Source: an uncultured Pelagibacteraceae bacterium (lineage in GTDB: Bacteria > Pseudomonadota > Alphaproteobacteria > Pelagibacterales > Pelagibacteraceae). Taken from it: 64,000 bases of DNA. The notes below the pieces were generated by a model. The model searched no databases, was not told the origin of the DNA, and worked only from the letters and a program-made list of their open reading frames with translations. Every line of letters begins with the position of its first letter. Position 1 is the stretch's first letter. This document shows positions 49,149 through 57,945 of this stretch, piece by piece. The stretch covers positions 7,175 to 71,174 of the forward strand of contig CACHHJ010000001.1 of NCBI GenBank assembly GCA_902579585.1. Reading direction: 5' to 3'. A program made the position numbers and the translations under genes.

Positions 49149-50348
49149 CTATTTATTTTTGTACTTAGCAGCTTCTTCCGATCCACCAGTTGCACTCCCC
49201 TTACTGTAAGAGTGAGCACCCATTCCTGCAAGCTGTCCATCTTTAATGATTAAATAAGGATCTCTTATAGGTTTTTTATCAAAGAAACACTCCAGTATTT
49301 CCCTTACTCCTGCAGCATATCTAGCTTGCGCTGACAATGAAGTTCCGGAAGTGTGGGGTGTCATACCGTGGTTTGGCATTGATCTCCAAATGTGATCATT
49401 TGGTGCTGGTTGAGGAAACCATACGTCCCCAGCATACCCACTCAATTGACCAGATTTAAGAGCTTTAGCAATTGCCTCTCTATTACAAATTTTTCCTCTA
49501 GCTGTATTAACAATGTAAGCCCCTTTTTTCATTTTACTTATCAGTTTATCATCAAACAAATTTTCTGTTTCCGGGTGAAGAGGACAATTGATTGTTACTA
49601 CATCACAAACTTTAACTAATGACTCAACCGAGTCATGAAATGTTAAATTAAGCTCTTTCTCAACAGTTTCTGGTAATTTGTGCCTATCAAAATAGTGAAG
49701 ATGAACATCAAAAGGTTTCATTTTTCTAAGCGCATCCAGACCAATACGTCCTGCTGCCACTGTACCTACATGCATACCCTCAACATCATAAGATCTGTGA
49801 ACTGCATCGGCAATATTCCAACCACCCTGATTCACAATATTATGTTGGTTGTGATAATCTCTAACCAAGGATAAAATCATCATTACGATATGCTCTGCTA
49901 CAGATCTTGAATTACAATAAGTAACCTCAACTACGTCAATTTTATTATCCATCGCAGCCTGTAAATCTACATGATCCGATCCAATTCCGGCAGTTATTGC
50001 CATTTTTAACTTCTTTGCAGACTGAATTCTCTCTTTAGTTAAATAATATGGCCAAAAAGGCTGAGATATAACAACATCAGCATCAATCAATTCTTTGTCT
50101 GCTTTGCAGCCTTTAGCGTCTTTGTCTGATGTAACAACTAGTTGATGACCATTGGACTCTAAAAACTTTCGTAATCCTAACTCTCCTGAAACACACCCAA
50201 GCAATTGACCTGGCTTAAAATCTATACCCTTAGGTGTTGGCAATGCCATTCCATCTGGATATTTATCTAGTTTTGGCAAACTTGCTACAGGGTAGCTTTT
50301 TGGCATTCCCCCCTTAGGATCGTCGTATAGGACACAAAGTACTTTCAT
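49149..50348 (-). CDS. fdh: NAD-dependent formate dehydrogenase
   Basis: 399 aa. MKVLCVLYDDP..., ISQPFWPYYLT, GTVAAGRIGL and GDVWFPQPAP closely match the classical Pseudomonas sp. 101-type FDH as I remember it. SD AAGGGAG lies upstream. Confidence 0.96.
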   Translation of the reverse strand: MKVLCVLYDDPKGGMPKSYPVASLPKLDKYPDGMALPTPKGIDFKPGQLLGCVSGELGLRKFLESNGHQLVVTSDKDAKGCKADKELIDADVVISQPFWPYYLTKERIQSAKKLKMAITAGIGSDHVDLQAAMDNKIDVVEVTYCNSRSVAEHIVMMILSLVRDYHNQHNIVNQGGWNIADAVHRSYDVEGMHVGTVAAGRIGLDALRKMKPFDVHLHYFDRHKLPETVEKELNLTFHDSVESLVKVCDVVTINCPLHPETENLFDDKLISKMKKGAYIVNTARGKICNREAIAKALKSGQLSGYAGDVWFPQPAPNDHIWRSMPNHGMTPHTSGTSLSAQARYAAGVREILECFFDKKPIRDPYLIIKDGQLAGMGAHSYSKGSATGGSEEAAKYKNK

Positions 50349-50364
50349 TTCTCCCTTGCAGTTA

Positions 50365-50393
50365 TTTGACTATTATAGCGTCACAAAGTCAAA
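50365..50393. promoter_or_regulatory. inverted repeat TTTGACT-N15-AGTCAAA in the fdh / metF-like divergent spacer
   Basis: Read directly. The 7-bp arms are exact reverse complements. TATAAT on the minus strand (50372-77) lies between the arms. Confidence 0.25.
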
Positions 50394-50413
50394 CTTTTCT
50401 TACATTGATTTTT

Positions 50414-50444
50414 CTGGACACGCTGAGGGGTCCCCTGATATATC
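50414..50444 (+). repeat. direct repeat copy A (31 nt) in the 5' leader of the metF-like gene
   Basis: CTGGACACGCTGAGGGGTCCCCTGATATATC matches 50788-50818 at 29 of 31 positions in the same orientation. It ends 9 nt before the ATG at 50454. Confidence 0.9.
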
Positions 50445-50453
50445 CCGAGAAAT

Positions 50454-51182
50454 ATGCATTTTTCTTTAGAGATAACAATGAGGACCGACCTGTCAGTTTT
50501 ACCAAAAGTAAAAGATGTTTATATTACTATGCTTCCTGGAAACGATTTTAAAGAGGTTGCAAAAAAAGCAAAAGAGTTAGTCCAATCCGGGTTTAATCCT
50601 GTGCCTCATTTTCCCGCTCGTTCAATCAAAGATTTAAGTCAGCTTAAAGATTACGTTAACATGTGTAAGGATTTTGGCGTAAAACAAGCTTTAGTAATTG
50701 GAGGCAGTGCCGAACCTATCGGTGATTACCATTGTTCTCTTCAACTTTTAGACACAGGTTTGTTTCAGGGTTTTAAGATAGGAATTGCTGGACACCCTGA
50801 GGGGTCACCTGATATATCGGAATCAGACTTAGAAAAAGCGATGAAAGATAAAATGCCTTTTGCAGACTACATAGTAACACAATGGCTTTTGAACCCCGAT
50901 CCAATAAACAAATTTATTTCAAAACAAAGTTTACCAGTCCACGTTGGTATTACAGGTCCTCTCAAATTAACCAGTCTAATAAAATTTGCAAATATTGTGG
51001 GAGCAAAAAATTCAATTAATTTCCTTAAGTCAAATGCGTCTAAAGCATTAGATTTATTAAGACCATCTGACCCGAATGATTTAATAAATAAGATCAAGGG
51101 TTCAACAAATAATTTCCATATTTATACTTTTGGTGGATTAAAAGAAACGAACAGGTGGTTAGAGAATAATAATTATGCCTAA
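50454..51182 (+). CDS. methylenetetrahydrofolate reductase-like protein (short MetF family member)
   Basis: 242 aa with HFSLEI (compare SFEFFP), PHFPARS and IAGHPEGSPD (compare AAYPEVHPE of MetF). Family-level call only. Confidence 0.7.
   Translation: MHFSLEITMRTDLSVLPKVKDVYITMLPGNDFKEVAKKAKELVQSGFNPVPHFPARSIKDLSQLKDYVNMCKDFGVKQALVIGGSAEPIGDYHCSLQLLDTGLFQGFKIGIAGHPEGSPDISESDLEKAMKDKMPFADYIVTQWLLNPDPINKFISKQSLPVHVGITGPLKLTSLIKFANIVGAKNSINFLKSNASKALDLLRPSDPNDLINKIKGSTNNFHIYTFGGLKETNRWLENNNYA
50788..50818 (+). repeat. direct repeat copy B (31 nt), inside the metF-like CDS (codes AGHPEGSPDIS)
   Basis: CTGGACACCCTGAGGGGTCACCTGATATATC; see copy A. Confidence 0.9.
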
Positions 51183-52545
51183 AAAGGTACCCAACTCTTA
51201 TAAAGTTGAAAAAGTAAATTACGACAAAGTTAAACACGAAACTTCAGTTGATCAATCAGATAGACAAGTTCCTTATAATTTGAGACAAAGCGGGCCCACG
51301 AAAGTAGAAATGCTTATCTCAACCAGGGTGAGGAAGTCTCCCTATTGGCATTTATCTATGAAAGCTGGATGTTGGAGAGCTACAGTTTATAATCGTATTT
51401 ACCATCCTAGAGGATATGTAAGGCCTGAAAAAGGTGGCGCGATGGTTGAATACAAAGCTATAAAAAATCACGTAACAATGTGGAATGTAGCAGTTGAAAG
51501 ACAAATTCGTGTAAAAGGTCCAGACGCTGAAAAATTTGTAGATTATGTAATCACAAGAGACGCAACAAAAATTTCAACTATGAGAGGCCGTTATGTAATT
51601 CTTTGTAACTACAAGGGTGGTGTTCTAAATGACCCTGTTTTACTAAGAGTTGAAGACGATGAGTTTTGGTTTAGTTTGTCGGACTCTGACATTGGCTTGT
51701 ATCTACAAGGTGTAAATGCTGACAAGAGATTTAATATTGAAGTAGACGAAATTGATTCATGCCCAGTTCAAATTCAAGGCCCAAAATCTAAAGCTTTAAT
51801 GAAAGATTTGGTAGGTAACCAAGTAGATATGGACAATATTCCTTTCTACGGTTTAGCTAAAGCGAAAATAGGTGGAAGAGATTGTGTTATTTCACAATCA
51901 GGATTTTCAGGGGAAGCCGGTTATGAAATTTATTTAAGAAATGCGACTTTGTATGCCGAAGATATGTGGAATTCAGTTCTTAAAGCTGGCAAAAAACATA
52001 AGTTGATGGTCATTGCTCCAGCACATCATAGAAGAATACAAGCTGGAATATTATCTTGGGGCCAAGATTTAGATCATGAGCATAACCCATTTCAATGTAA
52101 TCTTGGTTACCAGGTTTCTCTATCAGGTAAAGGAATATGGAATAAACAAACGGACTATGTAGGCAAACAAGCATTAGAGAAAATGAAAGAACAAATTAAA
52201 AATGGTGAAAAACCCTACAAACTACAACTTGTTGGTTTAGAAATGGGTGGAAAGCCTATCGAAGATTACGCAAACGACTTCTGGTTAATATCAAATGACA
52301 AAGGTGGTAAGCCAGTCGGATTTATAACATCTCCATGGTATCATCCAGAAAAAGGGATAAATATAGCTATGGGCTACGTTCCATTTGAAGGAAATTTAAA
52401 TACTAATGGTTTTCCAATTGGAAATTTTGGGAAAAAATACAAAGTACATTTGCCAAAAAAATACTCAAACAAGCCTGTTAATGCGACAGTTGTGCCAATA
52501 CCATTTACTCAGTCTTACAATAAGAATACTAGAGAAACAAACTAG
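51175..52545 (+). CDS. GcvT/DmdA-family THF-dependent aminomethyltransferase/demethylase, substrate unknown
   Basis: 456 aa with HVTMWNVAVERQIRVKGPDAEKFV, GGVLNDPVLL, VQIQGPKS and SGFSGEAGYEIY, which are hallmarks of the fold. About 45 aa of N-terminal extension. Overlaps the metF-like gene by 8 nt. Confidence 0.85.
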   Translation: MPKKVPNSYKVEKVNYDKVKHETSVDQSDRQVPYNLRQSGPTKVEMLISTRVRKSPYWHLSMKAGCWRATVYNRIYHPRGYVRPEKGGAMVEYKAIKNHVTMWNVAVERQIRVKGPDAEKFVDYVITRDATKISTMRGRYVILCNYKGGVLNDPVLLRVEDDEFWFSLSDSDIGLYLQGVNADKRFNIEVDEIDSCPVQIQGPKSKALMKDLVGNQVDMDNIPFYGLAKAKIGGRDCVISQSGFSGEAGYEIYLRNATLYAEDMWNSVLKAGKKHKLMVIAPAHHRRIQAGILSWGQDLDHEHNPFQCNLGYQVSLSGKGIWNKQTDYVGKQALEKMKEQIKNGEKPYKLQLVGLEMGGKPIEDYANDFWLISNDKGGKPVGFITSPWYHPEKGINIAMGYVPFEGNLNTNGFPIGNFGKKYKVHLPKKYSNKPVNATVVPIPFTQSYNKNTRETN

Positions 52546-52570
52546 TTTAGAACATTATAATTAAATCTTT

Positions 52571-52987
52571 ATGATAGATAAATTTGGAAACGCATTTTAT
52601 TTAATAATTTACTTAGCACATTTTATTATTGTTGGTAGCTACGCTTACCAATTAGTATTTGATACCAAAAAATTTCTAAAGAGTAGGGGAGTTGATAAGA
52701 CTGCTACTTTGATCACAAGATTTGCAGGGTCGTTTATGATCGCTACTGTTTTAATGGCAATCTATGTTGCCTTTATCAGATCAGGTGGTTTAATTGCTAC
52801 TTGGGCTTTCTTTAATTTAGTTTTTATAATGAACGTTTCGATATTAATTACAAATTTTTACACACTTAAAATTGATAAGACAGGATTAACTAAAAAAACT
52901 AGAAATGATGGAGTTTATGCTCCACTAATTCTTGTTATAATAAGTGCAATTCTTTGTTACGGCTTAGCAGATAAAATTTATATTTAA
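52571..52987 (+). CDS. 4-TM membrane protein (hypothetical)
   Basis: 138 aa with four hydrophobic helices. No family recognised. Confidence 0.55.
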   Translation: MIDKFGNAFYLIIYLAHFIIVGSYAYQLVFDTKKFLKSRGVDKTATLITRFAGSFMIATVLMAIYVAFIRSGGLIATWAFFNLVFIMNVSILITNFYTLKIDKTGLTKKTRNDGVYAPLILVIISAILCYGLADKIYI

Positions 52988-52988
52988 T

Positions 52989-53621
52989 TTATTGAATTGT
53001 ATTTTTTTCATTTTGGTTCTCGTATAAACCAAACTTGATCATTTTGTGTAATACTTCTGCAACTTCATTTAAATTAGGACACTCTAAAATTTTTTGTTTT
53101 TCTGCAACAGAAAATGGCGAGATCATTGCTAAAGTAAAAATTTGTTGAAAATTTTTGAGCCTCGAAAACTCTTGCCAATTAATTAACATTCCTTGTTGAT
53201 CAAAAAATTTAATTGAGTCTTCTTTGAGTTTTTGTAATAAGTTTTTTTTGATTTCATTTTCACCGAACATCATATCTCCCTTAAATTCATCATAATTAAC
53301 ATAAAATTCTCTATATTTTTTATTATTATTTTTAATTTCTTCATTTATGCTAAATCTAGTAAGACCTTTTAAATTTATTAAAATTCTTCCGTCACCAGTT
53401 CTTTCATGTTTATCTATTTTTCCTAAACAACCAACCTTAAACACATCTCCATCCAGCTTTTTTGATTGTATCATGCCAATATATCCATCATTTTTTAGAG
53501 CATCTTCAACCATCTTCAAATATCTGTCTTCAAAAATATTAAGTGGCAAATTTGTTTTAGGAAAAAAAACTGCGCCTCTCAAAGGAAAAATTGATATTTT
53601 TTTTGGCAAGATATTTTTCAT
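52989..53621 (-). CDS. LON N-terminal (substrate-binding) domain protein
   Basis: I take the start at the ATG at 53621 (MKNILPKKISIFPLRGAVFFPKTNLPLNIFEDRYLKMV), 8 nt after the secA stop. The longer ORF-track start would overlap secA. Confidence 0.8.
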   Translation of the reverse strand: MKNILPKKISIFPLRGAVFFPKTNLPLNIFEDRYLKMVEDALKNDGYIGMIQSKKLDGDVFKVGCLGKIDKHERTGDGRILINLKGLTRFSINEEIKNNNKKYREFYVNYDEFKGDMMFGENEIKKNLLQKLKEDSIKFFDQQGMLINWQEFSRLKNFQQIFTLAMISPFSVAEKQKILECPNLNEVAEVLHKMIKFGLYENQNEKNTIQ

Positions 53622-53629
53622 TAAATTAT

Positions 53630-56173
53630 TTATGCAACCTTTCCACAACAGTGTTTGTATTTTTTTCCAGAACCGCAATTACAAGGCGAATTTCTAGAAA
53701 TTTTTTGTTTTTTCTCAAATGGAATTTTTTTTTCAGAGTCACTGCCCTCCTTTTTATCTTGAACAACAACTTTTAAGTTCATTAAAAACTTTATAGTATC
53801 TACTTTTACTTTAAATAATAAATTTTCAAACAGCTCAAACGCTTCTTTTCTAAATTCTGCAAGAGGATCTTTTTGTCCGTAGCTTCTTAATCCAATAACT
53901 TGTCTTAGTTGCTCAAGATATTGAAGATGAGATCTCCATAAAAAGTCTAACATTTGAAGAAAGATCCTTTTTTCAACTTCATTATTCTGATCTGGGCCCA
54001 AAATTTTAATTCTTTCTTGTCGTATTTCATTATAAAAATTATCAATTTGCACATTAAAAGTTTTATTATCCATCTTACAAAAATTCTCAATTTGATTTTC
54101 AGAGAAAACATTTCCAAAACTGGTTTTTATCTCGCTTGAAAAAACTTTGAAATCATTATTGTTTTTGTAGTTTTCTAAAGCGGTTTTAACACTTTCTTTT
54201 ATCTCCTTCAAAAAAGAGTTTATCATTTCTGAAATTTTTTCTGTCTTTAATATTTTTAATCTTTGGCTAAAAATAACTTGCCTTTGATCATTCATCACAT
54301 CATCGAATTTTAATAGAGTTTTTCTAATTTCAAAATTTCTAGCCTCTACTTTTTGTTGAGCTCTCTCCATTGCTTTATTTATCCAAGGATGGTTAATAGA
54401 TTCATTTTCTTTAAGTCCTAATTTTTTAAGCATTCCGTCAATAGACTGTCCTCCAAAGATCCGCATTAGGTCATCTTCTAAACTTATATAAAAAGCCGAT
54501 GTGCCTGGATCGCCTTGCCTTCCAGATCTCCCTCTTAATTGATTGTCAATCCTTCTACTTTCATGTCTTTCAGTACCCAAAATAAATAGACCACCAAGGT
54601 TTTTAACTTTTTCTCTGTTATTTTTTTTATCATCTTTTTTTTCTGTATTTTTATTTCCACCTAATTGAATGTCTGTACCTCTACCTGCCATATTTGTTGC
54701 AATTGTCACCATGCTGATTTTTCCCGCATCAGCAACTATCTTCGCTTCACTCTCATGTAGCTTCGCATTTAAAACATTGTGTTGAATTTTATTCTTTTTT
54801 AATAAATCAGATATTTTCTCCGACTTTTCTATACTTGTGGTTCCCACTAAAATTGGTTGGCCTTTATTATTACATTCTTGTACTTTTTTTAATATTGCAA
54901 AATTCTTTTCTTTATCGGTTCTAAAAATTTGATCGTTTAGGTCTTCTCTGATCATTTTTTTGTGAGTGGGTATACTTACAACATTTAATTTATAAATATT
55001 AAAAAACTCTTCTGATTCAGTTAAAGCAGTACCAGTCATTCCTGAAAGTTTTTTGTATAATCTGAAATAATTCTGAAAAGTGATAGACGCTAAAGTTTGA
55101 TTTTCTTTTTGAATATCTACATTTTCTTTTGCTTCAATAGCTTGATGTAAACCATCACCAAATCTTCTTCCTTCTAATGTTCGTCCAGTAAACTCATCAA
55201 TAATCTGAACACTATTATTTTTAACAATATAATCTTTGTCTTTCTGAAACAATAAATTTGCTCTAAGCGCTTGATTAATGTGATGAACTAAGTCCATATT
55301 TTCAGGGTCATAAAAATTATTATTTTTTAACAAGCCTGATTGAGAGGACATTTTCTCGATTTTATCGATACCATTATCAGATAAAATTGCATTTTTATTT
55401 TTTTCATCTAATTCAAAATCCTTTTTTTCAAGAACAGATACGAATTTGTTTGCAAGGAAATACTTGTCAGATTTATCTTCTATACCTCCAGATATTATTA
55501 AAGGTGTTCTTGACTCATCTATCAAGATGCTGTCGACTTCGTCAACTATACAAAAATCTCTTTTTTTTTGTACCATCTCAGAAATATCGTATTTCATATT
55601 ATCTCTAAGATAATCAAATCCAAGTTCATTGTTTGTTGCATAAGTAATATCAAACCCATAATTTTTTTGTCGCTGAATGTCATCTAACTCATTAGTTATA
55701 CATCCAACTTTAAGACCAAGTTTAGTATAAATTTTTCCCATCCATTCGGAGTCACGCTTTGCAAGGTAGTCATTAACTGTAACAATATGAACGCCATTTC
55801 CACTTAAAGCATTTAGGTAAGCAGGTAATGTAGAAACTAAAGTTTTACCCTCTCCTGTTTTCATTTCGGCTATACAACCTCTATGAAGAACAACACCACC
55901 AATAAGTTGAACATCATAATGTCTCTCACTTAAAGTTTGTTTTGCTGCTTCCCTTACCATAGCGAAAGCTTCAGGCAAAGCATCATCCAACTTTCTGCCC
56001 TCAGATATGTTTTTTTTTAATTGATTTGTTTTTTCAACAAATTTTTCTGATGTATAATTTACAAAATCTTTCTCCAACACATTAATTTTTTGGACCAAAG
56101 GCTTAATTTTGTTTAATTCCTGTTGATTACTGCTTTTAAATAATTTATTTAATGCTGTAGTTATAAAATTCAT
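53630..56173 (-). CDS. secA: preprotein translocase ATPase SecA
   Basis: 847 aa with MKTGEGKTLV, DEVDSILIDE, TNMAGRGTDI and a C-terminal zinc finger CNCGSGKKYKHCCG. Confidence 0.97.
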   Translation of the reverse strand: MNFITTALNKLFKSSNQQELNKIKPLVQKINVLEKDFVNYTSEKFVEKTNQLKKNISEGRKLDDALPEAFAMVREAAKQTLSERHYDVQLIGGVVLHRGCIAEMKTGEGKTLVSTLPAYLNALSGNGVHIVTVNDYLAKRDSEWMGKIYTKLGLKVGCITNELDDIQRQKNYGFDITYATNNELGFDYLRDNMKYDISEMVQKKRDFCIVDEVDSILIDESRTPLIISGGIEDKSDKYFLANKFVSVLEKKDFELDEKNKNAILSDNGIDKIEKMSSQSGLLKNNNFYDPENMDLVHHINQALRANLLFQKDKDYIVKNNSVQIIDEFTGRTLEGRRFGDGLHQAIEAKENVDIQKENQTLASITFQNYFRLYKKLSGMTGTALTESEEFFNIYKLNVVSIPTHKKMIREDLNDQIFRTDKEKNFAILKKVQECNNKGQPILVGTTSIEKSEKISDLLKKNKIQHNVLNAKLHESEAKIVADAGKISMVTIATNMAGRGTDIQLGGNKNTEKKDDKKNNREKVKNLGGLFILGTERHESRRIDNQLRGRSGRQGDPGTSAFYISLEDDLMRIFGGQSIDGMLKKLGLKENESINHPWINKAMERAQQKVEARNFEIRKTLLKFDDVMNDQRQVIFSQRLKILKTEKISEMINSFLKEIKESVKTALENYKNNNDFKVFSSEIKTSFGNVFSENQIENFCKMDNKTFNVQIDNFYNEIRQERIKILGPDQNNEVEKRIFLQMLDFLWRSHLQYLEQLRQVIGLRSYGQKDPLAEFRKEAFELFENLLFKVKVDTIKFLMNLKVVVQDKKEGSDSEKKIPFEKKQKISRNSPCNCGSGKKYKHCCGKVA

Positions 56174-56215
56174 TTTTAATTTATATATTATATAGTGATT
56201 AATTAAGATATTTAC

Positions 56216-57520
56216 ATGACAATAAATCTAAAAAATTTTTTAAAAGATAAACCCAGAATGTCAAAAATGGGGGAATTTCAGGAACTGCAAGAGATCGACG
56301 GTCTCGAGGTCTCCGCAGTTTCAGCAGATTTATACGGAAGTGGGAGAGATGATTTGGCTCTGTTTTATTTTAAAGAGGGAGCTAATTATGCAGCAGTTTA
56401 TACTAATAATTCTATATGTTCCGAGTCAATTACCTGGAATAAAGGTATCAGAAAAACAGCTATAAAAGCTTTAATGGTAAACACTAAAAATGCAAATACT
56501 TTTACAGGATTACAAGGTTTTGAGAGTTTAGAAAGTATTTCAAAAATACTTGCAAAAAACTTAACTTTGAGAGAGGCACAAAAAAAAGAAGGAACAAAAA
56601 GTGTTATTAAACCAAATGAAATACTATTTGCATCTACAGGAGTTATTGGAGAGAAGTTTCCAACACAAAAAATAAAAGAAAGCATCCCAGGTTTAGTTGA
56701 AAAACTAAGAGATAGACAAAATAAATTTATTTGGTTCAAGTCTGCTTCGTCAATCATGACAACTGATACAAAACCGAAACTCGCTTACGAAGAATGTAAA
56801 TTTGGAAATCACGATATAAGACTTTGTGGAATCGCAAAAGGCTCAGGAATGATAGCTCCAAATCTTGGAACCATGCTTTCATTTGTTTTTACTGATGCAG
56901 ATATACCTTCAATTTATTTAAAAAGTTTACTTAAAAAAGCTGTTTCAAACTCGTTCAATTCCATTACAGTGGACAGCGACACCTCCACTAATGATATGGT
57001 TGCTATTTTTTCTACAAATAAATTTAAAACTGGGAAAGTTTATAATGCCTTAGATCCAAAGCTGAAAGATTTTGAAAGTGCTTTACAAAGACTTCTTTTA
57101 AACTTGGCAAAACAAATAGTAAGTGATGGAGAAGGTGCAAAAAAGTTTGTGACAGTAAGAGTAATAAATGGAAGATCACAGCAAATGGCAAAAAAAATTG
57201 CTTTTTCAGTTGCCAACTCTCCACTTTTCAAAACTGCAATGGCGGGCGAAGATCCTAACTGGGGAAGAGTTGTTATGGGAATAGGAAAATCAGGAGAAAA
57301 AGTTTCTTTAGATAAAATTGAAATTAAATTTGGCGATCTTAAAGTCGCAGAAAAAGGAAAAATTTCTGATCAATACGATGAAAAAAAACTTAAGGAGTAT
57401 ATGAAGTGGGACTCATTATTAATAGAAATCAATCTAAAACTTGGACAAGGTTCTTACGAATGTTACACATGTGACTTTACCAGTGATTATGTTAAAATTA
57501 ACGCAGATTATAGAAATTAA
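56216..57520 (+). CDS. argJ: bifunctional glutamate N-acetyltransferase / amino-acid acetyltransferase
   Basis: 434 aa with the autoprocessing site GTMLSFVFTDA, TVDSDTSTND and DPNWGR. The true start may be M15 or M18. Confidence 0.93.
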   Translation: MTINLKNFLKDKPRMSKMGEFQELQEIDGLEVSAVSADLYGSGRDDLALFYFKEGANYAAVYTNNSICSESITWNKGIRKTAIKALMVNTKNANTFTGLQGFESLESISKILAKNLTLREAQKKEGTKSVIKPNEILFASTGVIGEKFPTQKIKESIPGLVEKLRDRQNKFIWFKSASSIMTTDTKPKLAYEECKFGNHDIRLCGIAKGSGMIAPNLGTMLSFVFTDADIPSIYLKSLLKKAVSNSFNSITVDSDTSTNDMVAIFSTNKFKTGKVYNALDPKLKDFESALQRLLLNLAKQIVSDGEGAKKFVTVRVINGRSQQMAKKIAFSVANSPLFKTAMAGEDPNWGRVVMGIGKSGEKVSLDKIEIKFGDLKVAEKGKISDQYDEKKLKEYMKWDSLLIEINLKLGQGSYECYTCDFTSDYVKINADYRN

Positions 57521-57945
57521 TGATTAAATATAATTTAAAGTGCAAAAACAAGCATGAGTTTGAGTCATGGTTTTCAGATTCAAAAGAATTCGAAAAACTT
57601 AAATCAAAAAAAATTATAGAATGTACTTTTTGCGGAACAAAAAATGTTCAAAAAACAATAATGTCGCCAAATGTTGTCAGCAAACAACAGAAAGAAAAAA
57701 ATTTTAAATCCTCAAAGTATTTTAAAAAAATAAGACAAGATTTAATTAAAATGAGAAATTTTATTGAAAAAAATTTCAAATATGTTGGTGAAAATTTACC
57801 ACACGAAGTTAGAAAGGTTTATTACGATAAAAGCAAAAATAAAAATATTTATGGCAAAGCCACATTTGAGGAAACTGAAGAATTGAGACAAGAAGGAATA
57901 GAGCTCACAACTATTCCTTGGATAGATAATAAAAAGGACAACTAA
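57520..57945 (+). CDS. DUF1178-family zinc-ribbon protein
   Basis: 141 aa. MIKYNLKCKNKHEFESWF...C.FCG N-terminus is typical of the family. Confidence 0.7.
   Translation: MIKYNLKCKNKHEFESWFSDSKEFEKLKSKKIIECTFCGTKNVQKTIMSPNVVSKQQKEKNFKSSKYFKKIRQDLIKMRNFIEKNFKYVGENLPHEVRKVYYDKSKNKNIYGKATFEETEELRQEGIELTTIPWIDNKKDN

Noticed and set aside
50366-50551. 61-aa ORF covering the fdh/metF-like spacer and the start of the metF-like gene.
   Set aside because: It reads the 31-nt repeat in a frame unrelated to the MetF motif and overlaps the better-supported metF-like CDS. I treat the spacer as non-coding with an embedded repeat.
49149-52545. Raised G+C of fdh and the demethylase (23-24 of 60 in sampled lines), and of ampG (28 of 60), as evidence for horizontal transfer.
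   Set aside because: Highly conserved enzymes and Gly/Ala/Val-rich membrane proteins raise G+C through amino-acid composition. Codon usage there is mixed (both AGA and CGA appear for Arg). I did not call these regions islands.
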